Below are positions 41,783-50,359 of a stretch of DNA of 50,359 nt, piece after piece. The DNA is from Candidatus Aminicenantes bacterium. Lineage in GTDB: Bacteria > Acidobacteriota > Aminicenantia > Aminicenantales > Aminicenantaceae. The DNA is taken from contig QMPV01000004.1 of assembly GCA_003648765.1 (NCBI GenBank), positions 1 to 50,359 of the forward strand. Direction: 5' to 3'. Below the pieces are notes generated by a model. The model did not search any database. It was not told the origin of the DNA and saw only the letters and a program-made list of their open reading frames with translations. The translations under genes were made by a program, and so were the position numbers. How positions within the stretch are numbered: the first letter of the stretch is position 1; every line of letters starts with the position of its first letter.

Positions 41783-42421
41783 CTAAAGTTTTTCTTTTCT
41801 TTGTTTTTCCACCTGGTAAACAAAGAATAACCTTTGCCAGGCGGTGATATTGGAAAAAAGAGCGATAATAAGCAAAGCGGCGATGATTAAAATATCAAAT
41901 TTATTAATCAAGACGCCTATTATGGCCGCCAGAGTTAAAATAACCAATCGTTCCGCCCGCTGCATAAAACCCACTCGGCATTCTATGTCTAGGCCTTCTG
42001 ACCTGGCCCGGGTATAGCTAACCATGGTCGAACCAAGGAAGGTGAAAAAGATGACCCACAGGGCCCAGTGATGGCGAAAATGGACGGCCAACCCCAGATA
42101 AATGGCGAATTCGGAATATCTGTCCAAGGTTGAGTCGAAGATAGCTCCAAAAAGAGTCCGCCGGTTACTCTGGGTGGCTACTTTGCCGTCGAGAATGTCC
42201 AGGAGTCCACAAAGAACTATAGCCAGGCTTCCCCAGAGAGGATGTTCGGTGGCGAACAGAAACCCAGCCCCGATGCCGGCCAGTAGAGCCAGGATGGTAA
42301 TAAAATTAGGATGGATGTTTAAACGGGCGAAAAATCTGCCTAAGGGATTGACAAAGTTAAGAACCGAGGTTCTCAATTTAGGAGGAAGTATACGGAGATT
42401 TTCTTTAATTTTATTTTCCAT
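41783..42421 (-). CDS. CDP-alcohol phosphatidyltransferase family protein
   Basis: HPNFIT, DILDGKVA...GAIFDSTLDRYSE, SYTRARSE. Confidence 0.92.
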   Translation of the reverse strand: MENKIKENLRILPPKLRTSVLNFVNPLGRFFARLNIHPNFITILALLAGIGAGFLFATEHPLWGSLAIVLCGLLDILDGKVATQSNRRTLFGAIFDSTLDRYSEFAIYLGLAVHFRHHWALWVIFFTFLGSTMVSYTRARSEGLDIECRVGFMQRAERLVILTLAAIIGVLINKFDILIIAALLIIALFSNITAWQRLFFVYQVEKQRKEKL

Positions 42422-42512
42422 ATTTTTCTCTTGCTTCGGGCTTTTCCTAATTTAATTCTCTCGCCTCTTTAAGTCAAGGGAAAAGGCGGTGGGGCTTGTC
42501 TTTCTTAGGGAG

Positions 42513-44513
42513 TTAAGAGGGTTTTTCCGGCCGGCGTTTCAGCCAAACGGCCATTTCATTGGCGCCGCGATTGGCCCAGTAGCAGTAAGGGATAAGATGA
42601 AGTTCCCGGGTTTTTGGCTTTTGATTTTTGGTTTCAATGACAAGAGCCTTTCCAGAAATGACGACTACTCCTCCCAGCAAGTCCGCTTGGAATTTCGCCT
42701 GTAAAGGGGAATTATCGGGCAGAAGGAGGTTAGTTACTTTTCCTCCATGGTCGACTCCTTCGGCACAATAAACCAGTGGGCCATACTCAATAGCCACTCT
42801 TCCCCGGTCGGCTTTTACATTGGGGTGGGCGATCACCCGGCGTGGCTCCAGGGGTAAGATGAGCTCGATGGTGTCACCCGGTGACCATTTTCGCTTCAAA
42901 TGTAGATAACCTTTCTCTATTTTTAAGGGCAGTTTTTTTTGATTCAAGCGGACAATAACGGGTTGACTGAGAGGTTGGAGATAATGGTAGAGGTCAGAGG
43001 GAACGGGTTTTCCCCGGGCCCATCCGGGGATTCGAAGATAAAGACCGAAATGGACGGGGTGAACGGGATTAAGCGTGACTTTGATTTTGCCGGCCCAGGG
43101 ATAATCGGTTTCTTGAGAAATCCTCACCGGAGTTTGATTGAGTGGGAGAGTCGTGCTGGAGGTGACAAAGAGGTTGAGGTAGACCGCTTTGTCTGTGTGG
43201 CCGTAAATATACTGGGGAAATGTAGCCAGGAAACGAGCGATATTGGCGGGACAACAGGCCACCGGAAACCAGGAGCTACGTTGGTAATTACCAGAGGAAG
43301 CCAGGGGGTTGGGATAGAAAAATTTATCCCCGCTCAAGCCCACTCCAGAGAGAAGACCGTTATAAATAATTCTTTCCAACACATCAATATATTGAGCTTG
43401 TCCTGCCAATTGCCAGAGTCTTTGGTTCCAGAAAGTGTTACCCACAGCCGCACAGGTCTCGGCGTAAGCTTTCTCATTGGGTAATTCATAAGGTTTTCCC
43501 AGGGCTTCGTAGTCGCTGGCTACTCCCAGGCCACCGGTCAGGTAAAGTTTGGAGCGCACCACATCCTGCCAGAGGCGGGCACTGGTGCGGGCGTATTCAG
43601 GCCAGCCACCCAGCACGCCGACATCCAGTAAGCCGCAGTACATATAGGTGGCCCGAACGGCGTGACCCACGGCCTCCTTCTGCTCTAAAACCGGTTGATG
43701 GTTCTGGAGATATTCATCGGAATTATAAATATGGAAAGGCGAACTCTCAGGGTAAACTTGACCACCGTAGTAGTGGCCTCGCTCGTCAAGAAAAAAACGG
43801 GCTAAGTAAAGATATTTTTTCTCACCAGTCAAGCGATAAAGTTTAACCAGACCGATTTCTATCTCCTGATGACCAGGGAAACCGCGGCGTTGGCCTGGAC
43901 CGAAAGTTTTGACCAGCAGGTCGGCGCTTTTCAGAGCGATTTTCAGCAGATTTTTCTTTCCCGTGGCCAGATAATGGGCGTAGGCGGCTTCAAAAAGATG
44001 TCCCAGGTTGTATAATTCATGGCTGACCCTGAGATTCGACCAGCGTTCCGGCCCGGAACCAGGAGCCGGCTGAGCTGGATTAATGGTTCGGGTGGTGAAA
44101 AGATAGCCGTCCGGCTCCTGAGCCAGACCAATCAAGGTGATTAACTCATCAACCTGTTTTTCTAAATGGGGGTCAGGATGAGTTTTTAAAGAATAGCAGG
44201 CGGCTTCAATGGCCTTGTAAACGTCGGAATCATTATAACGTTTTCCGGTGTGACGGCCTTTTTTGAGTCCGGCGGCTATTCGGAAATTGTCCACCCGACC
44301 GGTGGCTTCATTCATCCGGAAGAGATAGGGAATCGTCACTTCCCGGTTAGTTTTCATTCGGGGTGCCCAGAAATGGTCGTTGACTTTCACCTGCCAGAAG
44401 TTGACTGGTTTTAAAGGATAATCAGGTTGGTGAGTTAGAAATCTTTTCAGAAGAAGGGTTAGGCCTATCATCAGGATCAGACCTAAGGAAATTAAAGTAA
44501 TTTTTTTTATCAT
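42513..44513 (-). CDS. Glycoside hydrolase family 127 (beta-L-arabinofuranosidase-like)
   Basis: DSDVYKAIEA, HELYNLGH, GHQEIE, GHAVRA, YAETCA, ACCPAN, GPLVYC. Confidence 0.92.
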   Translation of the reverse strand: MIKKITLISLGLILMIGLTLLLKRFLTHQPDYPLKPVNFWQVKVNDHFWAPRMKTNREVTIPYLFRMNEATGRVDNFRIAAGLKKGRHTGKRYNDSDVYKAIEAACYSLKTHPDPHLEKQVDELITLIGLAQEPDGYLFTTRTINPAQPAPGSGPERWSNLRVSHELYNLGHLFEAAYAHYLATGKKNLLKIALKSADLLVKTFGPGQRRGFPGHQEIEIGLVKLYRLTGEKKYLYLARFFLDERGHYYGGQVYPESSPFHIYNSDEYLQNHQPVLEQKEAVGHAVRATYMYCGLLDVGVLGGWPEYARTSARLWQDVVRSKLYLTGGLGVASDYEALGKPYELPNEKAYAETCAAVGNTFWNQRLWQLAGQAQYIDVLERIIYNGLLSGVGLSGDKFFYPNPLASSGNYQRSSWFPVACCPANIARFLATFPQYIYGHTDKAVYLNLFVTSSTTLPLNQTPVRISQETDYPWAGKIKVTLNPVHPVHFGLYLRIPGWARGKPVPSDLYHYLQPLSQPVIVRLNQKKLPLKIEKGYLHLKRKWSPGDTIELILPLEPRRVIAHPNVKADRGRVAIEYGPLVYCAEGVDHGGKVTNLLLPDNSPLQAKFQADLLGGVVVISGKALVIETKNQKPKTRELHLIPYCYWANRGANEMAVWLKRRPEKPS

Positions 44514-44761
44514 TTGTGCCTCTTTTTCGAGGAGAAATTAGAGTGGATAGGGAAAACTCCTCTTAACCTGATTGCCGCTGGGTTAGCCGTTAGAAGAAAG
44601 AATGAATTCATGGTGTTTAGCGTCTTTGATGGCCGCTTCTCACATCCTTCGGATATCAGTTTAAACAAAAACGCTGACCAAATAAAGCGGAAAAAATATT
44701 GTTCAGAATTGTCTTCCTATGATATAATTCAAAACCTTAAAGAAAATGATTTTTTTCTTCT

Positions 44762-44848
44762 GCCGGGGTGGCGGAATTGGTAGACGCAAAGGACTTAAAA
44801 TCCTTTGGAAGCCGCGCTTCCGTGTGGGTTCGAGTCCCACCCTCGGCA
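44762..44848 (+). tRNA. tRNA-Leu(TAA)
   Basis: GCCGGGG/CCTCGGC acceptor, AAGGA-CTTAAAA-TCCTT anticodon arm, long variable arm, GGTTCGAGTCC. Confidence 0.95.
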
Positions 44849-44862
44849 CTTTTTCTGACCAA

Positions 44863-45975
44863 TCACCGATAACCGGCTCGAGATAGATCAGCTACGCTTT
44901 TAAAAGGATAAGGGGGATGGAGATAGCGAGCCAGAAAGCGGTATATTTTTAATCTGATTTCCCGGGCCAAGCGGGTGTCGAGACGGTCGAAAGAGTGTCC
45001 CCCCGGAGCAGCCTGGAAAATTTCGTATTCAAATTTTTTCCCGGCGGCTTTGAGTGATTTAATCAGATGTTCTACCTCCAAGACATTGACATCTTCATCA
45101 TTGGTGTTGGTGTGGATGAGCAGCGGGGTTTGCAATTTATGAGCGTTCCAGGCAGGAGAACGACGGCGGTATTCGTTGACATCTTCATAGGCGGTTTTAC
45201 CAATATGATAGGGAGCTGAGTAAAGGTCACGGTAAGCTTGGGTCTTGTAACCCATGCGAGCGATGAGGTCACTGACCGGCACTCCAGCGAAGGCGACTTG
45301 ATAGCTTTTCGGATGTTCGAAGATATTCATCAGGGTAATCAATCCTCCATGGCTCCAGCCGAGGATGCCGACACGGTCTTTATCCACGAAATCATAATTC
45401 TCTAACACATAATTCCGGCTGGCGAAGACATCCTCGACTTCTCTGCCTCCATAGTCGATGAGTTCGTACATCCGCCGACCGTAACCGGTGCTGCCCCGAT
45501 AGTCAGGAGCCACGACTATGTAACCCTGAGCCATAAGTTCTCGGACAATATGGGTGTAGTAAGTTGTGAAGTTGCTGTGTACACCGCCATGAGGAAAGAC
45601 CAGAAGAGGGTATTTTTTGCTCCGGTCGATTTTTTTGGGGATAAAAACGTAAGTGTAAAATTTGATGGGATTGCCGGCTCCTTGAGCCGTGGGATTAGGT
45701 TCTCTCCAGCGGGGAGGACCAACAATACGGACTTTATCTACATAAGCAATATCGCCCACTCGGTGATACCAGAGAACATCATCAATCACTTTCTGGAGAA
45801 CATCAAGGCGATGATTGAGATTTTCAAATTCACGCAGCAGTTTCTGGAGGCTTTTTTGATCAATCGCTGAATCTTCCTGAGCTTGGATCTTTTGTGTGAG
45901 AAAGAACATCAGACTCAGAGAAACCAAAAAAATTGCCAGGACTTTTAATTTGGTGGGAATTGAGGTGCATATCAT
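44863..45975 (-). CDS. Exported S9-family (prolyl oligopeptidase-like) serine hydrolase
   Basis: HGGVH, DYRGSTGYG, GWSHGG nucleophile, NDEDV, GGHSF. Confidence 0.88.
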   Translation of the reverse strand: MICTSIPTKLKVLAIFLVSLSLMFFLTQKIQAQEDSAIDQKSLQKLLREFENLNHRLDVLQKVIDDVLWYHRVGDIAYVDKVRIVGPPRWREPNPTAQGAGNPIKFYTYVFIPKKIDRSKKYPLLVFPHGGVHSNFTTYYTHIVRELMAQGYIVVAPDYRGSTGYGRRMYELIDYGGREVEDVFASRNYVLENYDFVDKDRVGILGWSHGGLITLMNIFEHPKSYQVAFAGVPVSDLIARMGYKTQAYRDLYSAPYHIGKTAYEDVNEYRRRSPAWNAHKLQTPLLIHTNTNDEDVNVLEVEHLIKSLKAAGKKFEYEIFQAAPGGHSFDRLDTRLAREIRLKIYRFLARYLHPPYPFKSVADLSRAGYR

Positions 45976-46107
45976 GCCAAACCTCCTTCTAACAAAGATT
46001 GGCTCAAGTTAAATAATCTAAGCCAATTATGGCTTCTATTCAAATTTATTTCTTGAAAAAAGTGATCATTCTTTTAAAAAGATAGGCTTGTCCTAGGAAA
46101 GACTTCG

Positions 46108-46455
46108 TTAGCCGCTTTTTACACGGTTTCCTGGTGAAAGAAGGAGGTAGAGACCAATAACAATTAGAATGAGAGGCCACCAGGTGAAATGGCCGAAGAT
46201 ATTGCCCGCCCCAATAATTATCAGAATTATTCCAGCCAGAATTTTCCCCATAGGCGAACGTTGAGCCCCTGGGGTAGACTTTAGACTTAAACCTTCCACC
46301 AGAAGGATAAGTCCCAACCCGAGGAGAAAATAAGCAGCCAGGTCGGACCAATCAAGATAATTAAGGTTAATCAACAGAAAAAGAACTCCTAAAAGGATAA
46401 GAGTTAGGCCTGAAGTGAAGGGGGAAGAACGCCTTCTTGGTGAGCGAGGACTCAT
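46108..46455 (-). CDS. Small membrane protein, LiaF/DUF5668-like TM region
   Basis: GLTLILLGVLFLL and WWPLILIVIG motifs. Confidence 0.75.
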   Translation of the reverse strand: MSPRSPRRRSSPFTSGLTLILLGVLFLLINLNYLDWSDLAAYFLLGLGLILLVEGLSLKSTPGAQRSPMGKILAGIILIIIGAGNIFGHFTWWPLILIVIGLYLLLSPGNRVKSG

Positions 46456-47481
46456 TTAATTCTCTCCCAATTTTTTGAAGCCAAGAAGATAAGCTAAATT
46501 AGCTTTTTCGTCAATTACTGGCTCAATTTTCCCTGTGGCGGAGGTAAAAAGTGTGGTTACGCCCGGGCCGTGGCCAGCCACATAACTGCGACTATGGACA
46601 ATAACCCCCACTGATATCGCCCCTTGGCGATAGATCCGGCCATAAGTGTTGTCAGCATCCATGATAGCTACGAGATCTCCAAAGCGGAGGCGGTCCAAGT
46701 GGTATCGGCGAACTGTTTCTTCATCGAAGAGTTGAATGTCATAGTCACCGCGGTAGACATGGTCTCGGCCGAGACCCGAGCCCATGATTTTAGCTGGAAT
46801 GATGAGAGCCACCGGAATTTTAAGTTTTCCCTCCGGAGTAATGCCCAGGCCGGCTTGAGTTAGAGCAGCCATAAGAGTAGGACTGGTGTTCATCACGGCC
46901 ACATCTTTGATGTTAGTTAATTTCATCCCTAATCCGTAAGTGTAAATCTGCATTTTATCCCCGATAACTAGCTTTTCCAGCACACTAGGGTCAGGAAAAT
47001 CGACCATCACATGTTCCGCTCCTCCATGTTTACCAATAACGTATCCCCAGCTTCCCTGAGCTTCACCTGTGATAACTTTAACTTTGTTACCGATGCAAGC
47101 CAGAGTATTGAGTCCATAGCTTTCGGCACTGGAACGACTGCCACTGGTACCCAGATTATAGAGAGTAACAGCTGGTTCCACATGGTCTCCTGCCAAATAA
47201 TAAGCTGTATCTCCTGTGCGAAAATTGAAGGTAATGCTGCCGGTGCCCGGAACAACATGAAGATGTCCGTTGGGGTCGATGCGATAGGGTGAACTGCCAA
47301 AGCCAGGCGGAGCGATGACACCCACAGCTGCTTGTTTAACTAATTCCTTCAAATTGTACTGAAGAGGCTTCAATGGAGAGGAAGAAGAGGCGAAAGAATG
47401 CGTTTGGAGGAAAAATAAGAAAATAAAGCTGGTAGCCAAGATGAACGAAAAGAATGTTTTAGGTCCAAACTTATTGTCCAT
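46456..47481 (-). CDS. DUF4438-family protein
   Basis: DHVEP, CIGN, GKHGGAEHV, IMGSGLG, GDYDI, LRFGDLVAI, GHGPGV. Confidence 0.85.
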   Translation of the reverse strand: MDNKFGPKTFFSFILATSFIFLFFLQTHSFASSSSPLKPLQYNLKELVKQAAVGVIAPPGFGSSPYRIDPNGHLHVVPGTGSITFNFRTGDTAYYLAGDHVEPAVTLYNLGTSGSRSSAESYGLNTLACIGNKVKVITGEAQGSWGYVIGKHGGAEHVMVDFPDPSVLEKLVIGDKMQIYTYGLGMKLTNIKDVAVMNTSPTLMAALTQAGLGITPEGKLKIPVALIIPAKIMGSGLGRDHVYRGDYDIQLFDEETVRRYHLDRLRFGDLVAIMDADNTYGRIYRQGAISVGVIVHSRSYVAGHGPGVTTLFTSATGKIEPVIDEKANLAYLLGFKKLGEN

Positions 47482-47825
47482 ATTTGCCTCCTTGGTGAGA
47501 TTGACCTTTTGAGATGGTGGAAATAAGAAACAAAGAGGAAAAATGGGGCAATAATAATTTTGGCATTTTGTTGACCTTTAAGAATAATAATTATTGAGAT
47601 TAATGACAAGAAATTCTTTTTTTGCCCTTTTAATCCACCTTTGTCGTAGCCTGAGGTGGGTGTTAAGGTCCTCGGCAATCCCCCTAAGGGTACTTTATTG
47701 ATAATTATAATAAGCGAAAGGAGGTGGCCCCTAGGGGGTTTTGTGAGGGGGAAAAGATGTGGGTAGGGTCCATTTTAAATAAGAAAAATCCCTTTTTTCC
47801 TAGGGATAAGTTGCCCGGCCAGGAA

Positions 47826-48035
47826 TTATTTTATGGGCACTTTTTTCCTGGTTCGGGTTGATGTTGTTTCCTTTTTTTCTAAAGCAGCAATTCGAGCATC
47901 AATTAAAGATCGGAGAGCCCGTAAGAATTCAATTTTGGCTTTTTTTAGATGACCTCTGGTCTCTTCGGGTAAAAATAGAGAAAAAAGTTCTTCAGGTAAG
48001 GTGATTTTGATTTCTTTGACCGATGATTCGTTCAT
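47826..48035 (-). CDS. Small helical protein downstream of the ArsA/Get3-like ATPase
   Basis: GGAGGAG RBS before ATG 48035; motif HLKKAKIEFLRALRSLID. Confidence 0.75.
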   Translation of the reverse strand: MNESSVKEIKITLPEELFSLFLPEETRGHLKKAKIEFLRALRSLIDARIAALEKKETTSTRTRKKVPIK

Positions 48036-48433
48036 TCTCTCTCCTCCCACACTTAACTCTTTATTATTTTAGCACTATTTTAGCCAGGAATTAAATTTCA
48101 GTTTCCTGGTCCTAGGCCCAGTTCTTCTTGTTTCACTTTTAACCTAAAAGAAGGCTCTTTAATCAGACAATAGGGCTGAGGTCTTCATCTTGGACCAATC
48201 ATCGAGGAAAATGAGTCCCAGGTCTTTATCTTTCCTTTTTGATTTGGATTTATCCAATAAAAAGATTATTGAATTGGGTTTATATGCCTTGGCCTTGTCT
48301 TTAACGTAAGTGGGTAAAGTGAAAACGTAATCCCCCTTGGTTGGCTGCCTTTGATGGGGAGACTAAAATGAGAGGTGAAAATCTGAACCACGCTGACCCC
48401 AACTGGACGTTCACAGCCTATCCCTGAATTTTC

Positions 48434-49603
48434 TTAGGAATCTAAGCTAAATTTAATCCGCAGTTTGTTTTTTTCGAAACTGGCCTCTTCAATATTATAG
48501 TGAGAGAGGAAATGAGGAAGGATAATGTTTCTTTTAAATTGACCCACCCGGATGGTCAACTCTTCCCCGTTTTGAGAGAGATCAAGAGTTTCCTTCTTGA
48601 CAAAAGGTAGCTCCACTATCATTTCAAACCCGACTTCGGTTTTGTTGATTTTAATTGGTGAACGGGCGTAGAAAATTTTGGTGGGGTCTTTGCCCTGATA
48701 GAGCATTCGACCTAACTTTTCCAGGAGATCTACACCAATAATCTCCTGGTCAAAGAGTTTAACCTTAAAAAGAGGTAAAGGAGAGAAACATTCTTCAATG
48801 AGTCGGATATTTTCTTCCTGTTTAAGTTTCCAGAAGTGGAAGTAAGAATCGGTAACTGCTGGAGGGAGCATCCGGTTGACCAGGATAGCGTCCACATTAT
48901 AGCCGAAAAGATGGAAGAAAGTGAAAGCTCGTTGGGCTTCTTTAATGACCATCTTTTCAGGGTTGACCACGAGACGAATAGAGGTTTTTTTCAAATCAGC
49001 TAGGATGTTTTTCATTTCAGCTAGCTGGAGGGTGAGGTTCTTAATAGCTTCGAAGAGGCTGTCTTCAGGAAAAGGGAAGGGGAGGAATCGGTTAGCCACC
49101 GGACGGACCGCTTTAGCTGCTGTGCGCTGGATAGGGAAGATATGTTTGAGATACCACTGAGTAATTTCTGGAGCGCTTAATAATCTTAAGGTGTCTCCGG
49201 TGGGGGCACAATCAACCACAATAACCTCAAATTCACCACTTTGGTCGTAAGTCCGAATCTCCATTAGACTGAAAAGTTCTTCCATGCCGGGGAAGATGCT
49301 CAATTCCTCGGCTTCGATGCTGTCAATGCCCTGAGAAGTGAAAAACGCCTTTAAATATTCCTGAATTTCTCCCCATTTTTTTTCCAATTGTTGAAGAGCG
49401 TCGACTTCCTGAGCAAATAAGTTGGGGAGAATTTCTTGGGGTTGGTTGCCCAGGGAAAGATTAAAGATGTCTCCTAAACTATGAGCGGCGTCAGTGGAGA
49501 TAAGGAGAGTTTTTTTGCCCTGTCGAGCCGCCAAGAGGGCCGTGGCCGCCGAAAGAGTAGTTTTCCCCACACCCCCTTTACCAGTAAAGAGAATTATCCT
49601 CAT
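48434..49603 (-). CDS. ArsA/Get3-family ATPase with C-terminal HSP20-like domain
   Basis: GKGGVGKTT, STDAAHSL, FPGMEE, DCAPTGDTLRLL; C-terminal ELTIRVGQFKRNIILP...ASF..NKLRIKF. Confidence 0.9.
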   Translation of the reverse strand: MRIILFTGKGGVGKTTLSAATALLAARQGKKTLLISTDAAHSLGDIFNLSLGNQPQEILPNLFAQEVDALQQLEKKWGEIQEYLKAFFTSQGIDSIEAEELSIFPGMEELFSLMEIRTYDQSGEFEVIVVDCAPTGDTLRLLSAPEITQWYLKHIFPIQRTAAKAVRPVANRFLPFPFPEDSLFEAIKNLTLQLAEMKNILADLKKTSIRLVVNPEKMVIKEAQRAFTFFHLFGYNVDAILVNRMLPPAVTDSYFHFWKLKQEENIRLIEECFSPLPLFKVKLFDQEIIGVDLLEKLGRMLYQGKDPTKIFYARSPIKINKTEVGFEMIVELPFVKKETLDLSQNGEELTIRVGQFKRNIILPHFLSHYNIEEASFEKNKLRIKFSLDS

Positions 49604-49654
49604 TGTCCCTGATTAAGAGAAATCTGGCAATATGGGATCACTCGATGAGAATAA

Positions 49655-49682
49655 ATTTTAACACGGATGGTGAATCTGTCAA
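49655..49682 (-). promoter_or_regulatory. sigma70 promoter of the ArsA-like gene
   Basis: TTGACA-16-TAAAAT with TGn extension. Confidence 0.65.
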
Positions 49683-49733
49683 TTTTCCTCATTTTCGACT
49701 TTTAGCCAATCGCCCGGAGTAAGTCAGGTGATT

Positions 49734-50359
49734 TTAAAGATTAAGAAATCTTCTAATTTGGTTAATATTTTCTTGTGTAGCTTTCTCCCCCAGTTTTATA
49801 ATAGTTGAACTTCGAGAAAAATCTAAAGAATCATAAGGAACATCAACTCGGAGAATGTAATCAGCTTCTTGAATTTTGGTCAATGATAAATGATGGCTCA
49901 TCGTTTCCATGAGTCGTTGCAGGAGTTGGAAAATATTGGCAATGTTTTCCTGAGGTATTTTCTGGAGAGGTCGATGAATATCTACCAAAAGGGTTTTGGT
50001 TACTCCCAGTTGACGGGCAATTTTTACCGGGGCATTATTTAAGATGCCCCCATCGACCAAAAGATGGCCATTCCAGTTTACTGGTTCAAAAATGAAGGGA
50101 AGAGACATAGAAGCCCGGATGGCTTTAGCTAGTTTTCCCCGAGTAAAGACTACCTCTGTGCCACTGAGAAGATCTACAGCATTGCAGGCAAAGGTCAAGG
50201 GTAGATCTTCAATGAGGGTTTCTCCTACAATTTTTTCAAAAACAAGTTCAATTTTATCCGGCTGGTTTAAGCCCATTTTTTTCATCAATCGATTCTTATA
50301 AGTATCAATGAGTAAAAAATCGAGAAGAGTGCGAGGCCGAGTGCGCATCATTCGGGAAA
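49734..50359 (-). CDS. Patatin-like phospholipase, 5'-truncated by the window edge
   Basis: IEDLP, AVDL, AIRASMSLP, LVDGGILNN; the GxSxG motif lies outside the window. Confidence 0.88.
   Translation of the reverse strand, partial: SRMMRTRPRTLLDFLLIDTYKNRLMKKMGLNQPDKIELVFEKIVGETLIEDLPLTFACNAVDLLSGTEVVFTRGKLAKAIRASMSLPFIFEPVNWNGHLLVDGGILNNAPVKIARQLGVTKTLLVDIHRPLQKIPQENIANIFQLLQRLMETMSHHLSLTKIQEADYILRVDVPYDSLDFSRSSTIIKLGEKATQENINQIRRFLNL

Noticed and set aside
47706-47760. Small gene or type I toxin after TATAAT...AAAGGAGGTG
   Set aside because: No start codon at a suitable distance from the SD, no -35, and no hydrophobic peptide.
48065-48095. CIRCE (HrcA) element
   Set aside because: Only a partial TTAGCACT half-site within a TATTTTAGC doublet; no GAGTGCTAA arm.
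48434-49603. Arsenic-resistance operon
   Set aside because: No ars partner genes, single ATPase domain, and too few cysteines for the canonical metalloid site.

Overview
A 50.4-kb segment of a diderm bacterial chromosome (lpxC, a TonB-dependent receptor and a beta-barrel-like protein are present). The gene content suggests an Acidobacteriota/Aminicenantes-like lineage, but this is inference only. It is mostly housekeeping and metabolic: gyrB-gyrA, dnaG-rpoD, glmU-glmS, lpxC, larB, thiD, acyP, an acyl-CoA dehydrogenase-meaB-mce cluster, a long-chain acyl-CoA ligase, a very large orphan sensor kinase, a DRG-like GTPase, GH127, an S9 peptidase, DUF4438, an ArsA/Get3-like ATPase, a patatin, and three tRNAs (Ile2-CAT, Pro-CGG, Leu-TAA). 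I found no integrase, transposase, cas gene, CRISPR array or rRNA. The most unusual signals are: (1) a ~155-bp structured element present twice in inverted orientation (2044-2196 and 26805-26961, ~88% identical by manual alignment) with nested palindromes, a compensatory base change and an IHF-consensus site; (2) a TTGTAA/TTACAA operator-like array over the promoter of an uncharacterised ribbon-helix-helix gene; (3) a helically phased 10-bp tandem array upstream of an unknown membrane-anchored protein; (4) a REP-like palindrome after gyrA; (5) synteny suggesting a ~14-kb inversion separated rpoD from tRNA-Ile2 and the zinc-ribbon gene. A patatin + Get3-like ATPase + small partner cluster and a bacterial DRG-type GTPase are the most interesting protein-level candidates. 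All family assignments come from motif recognition, not database searches.
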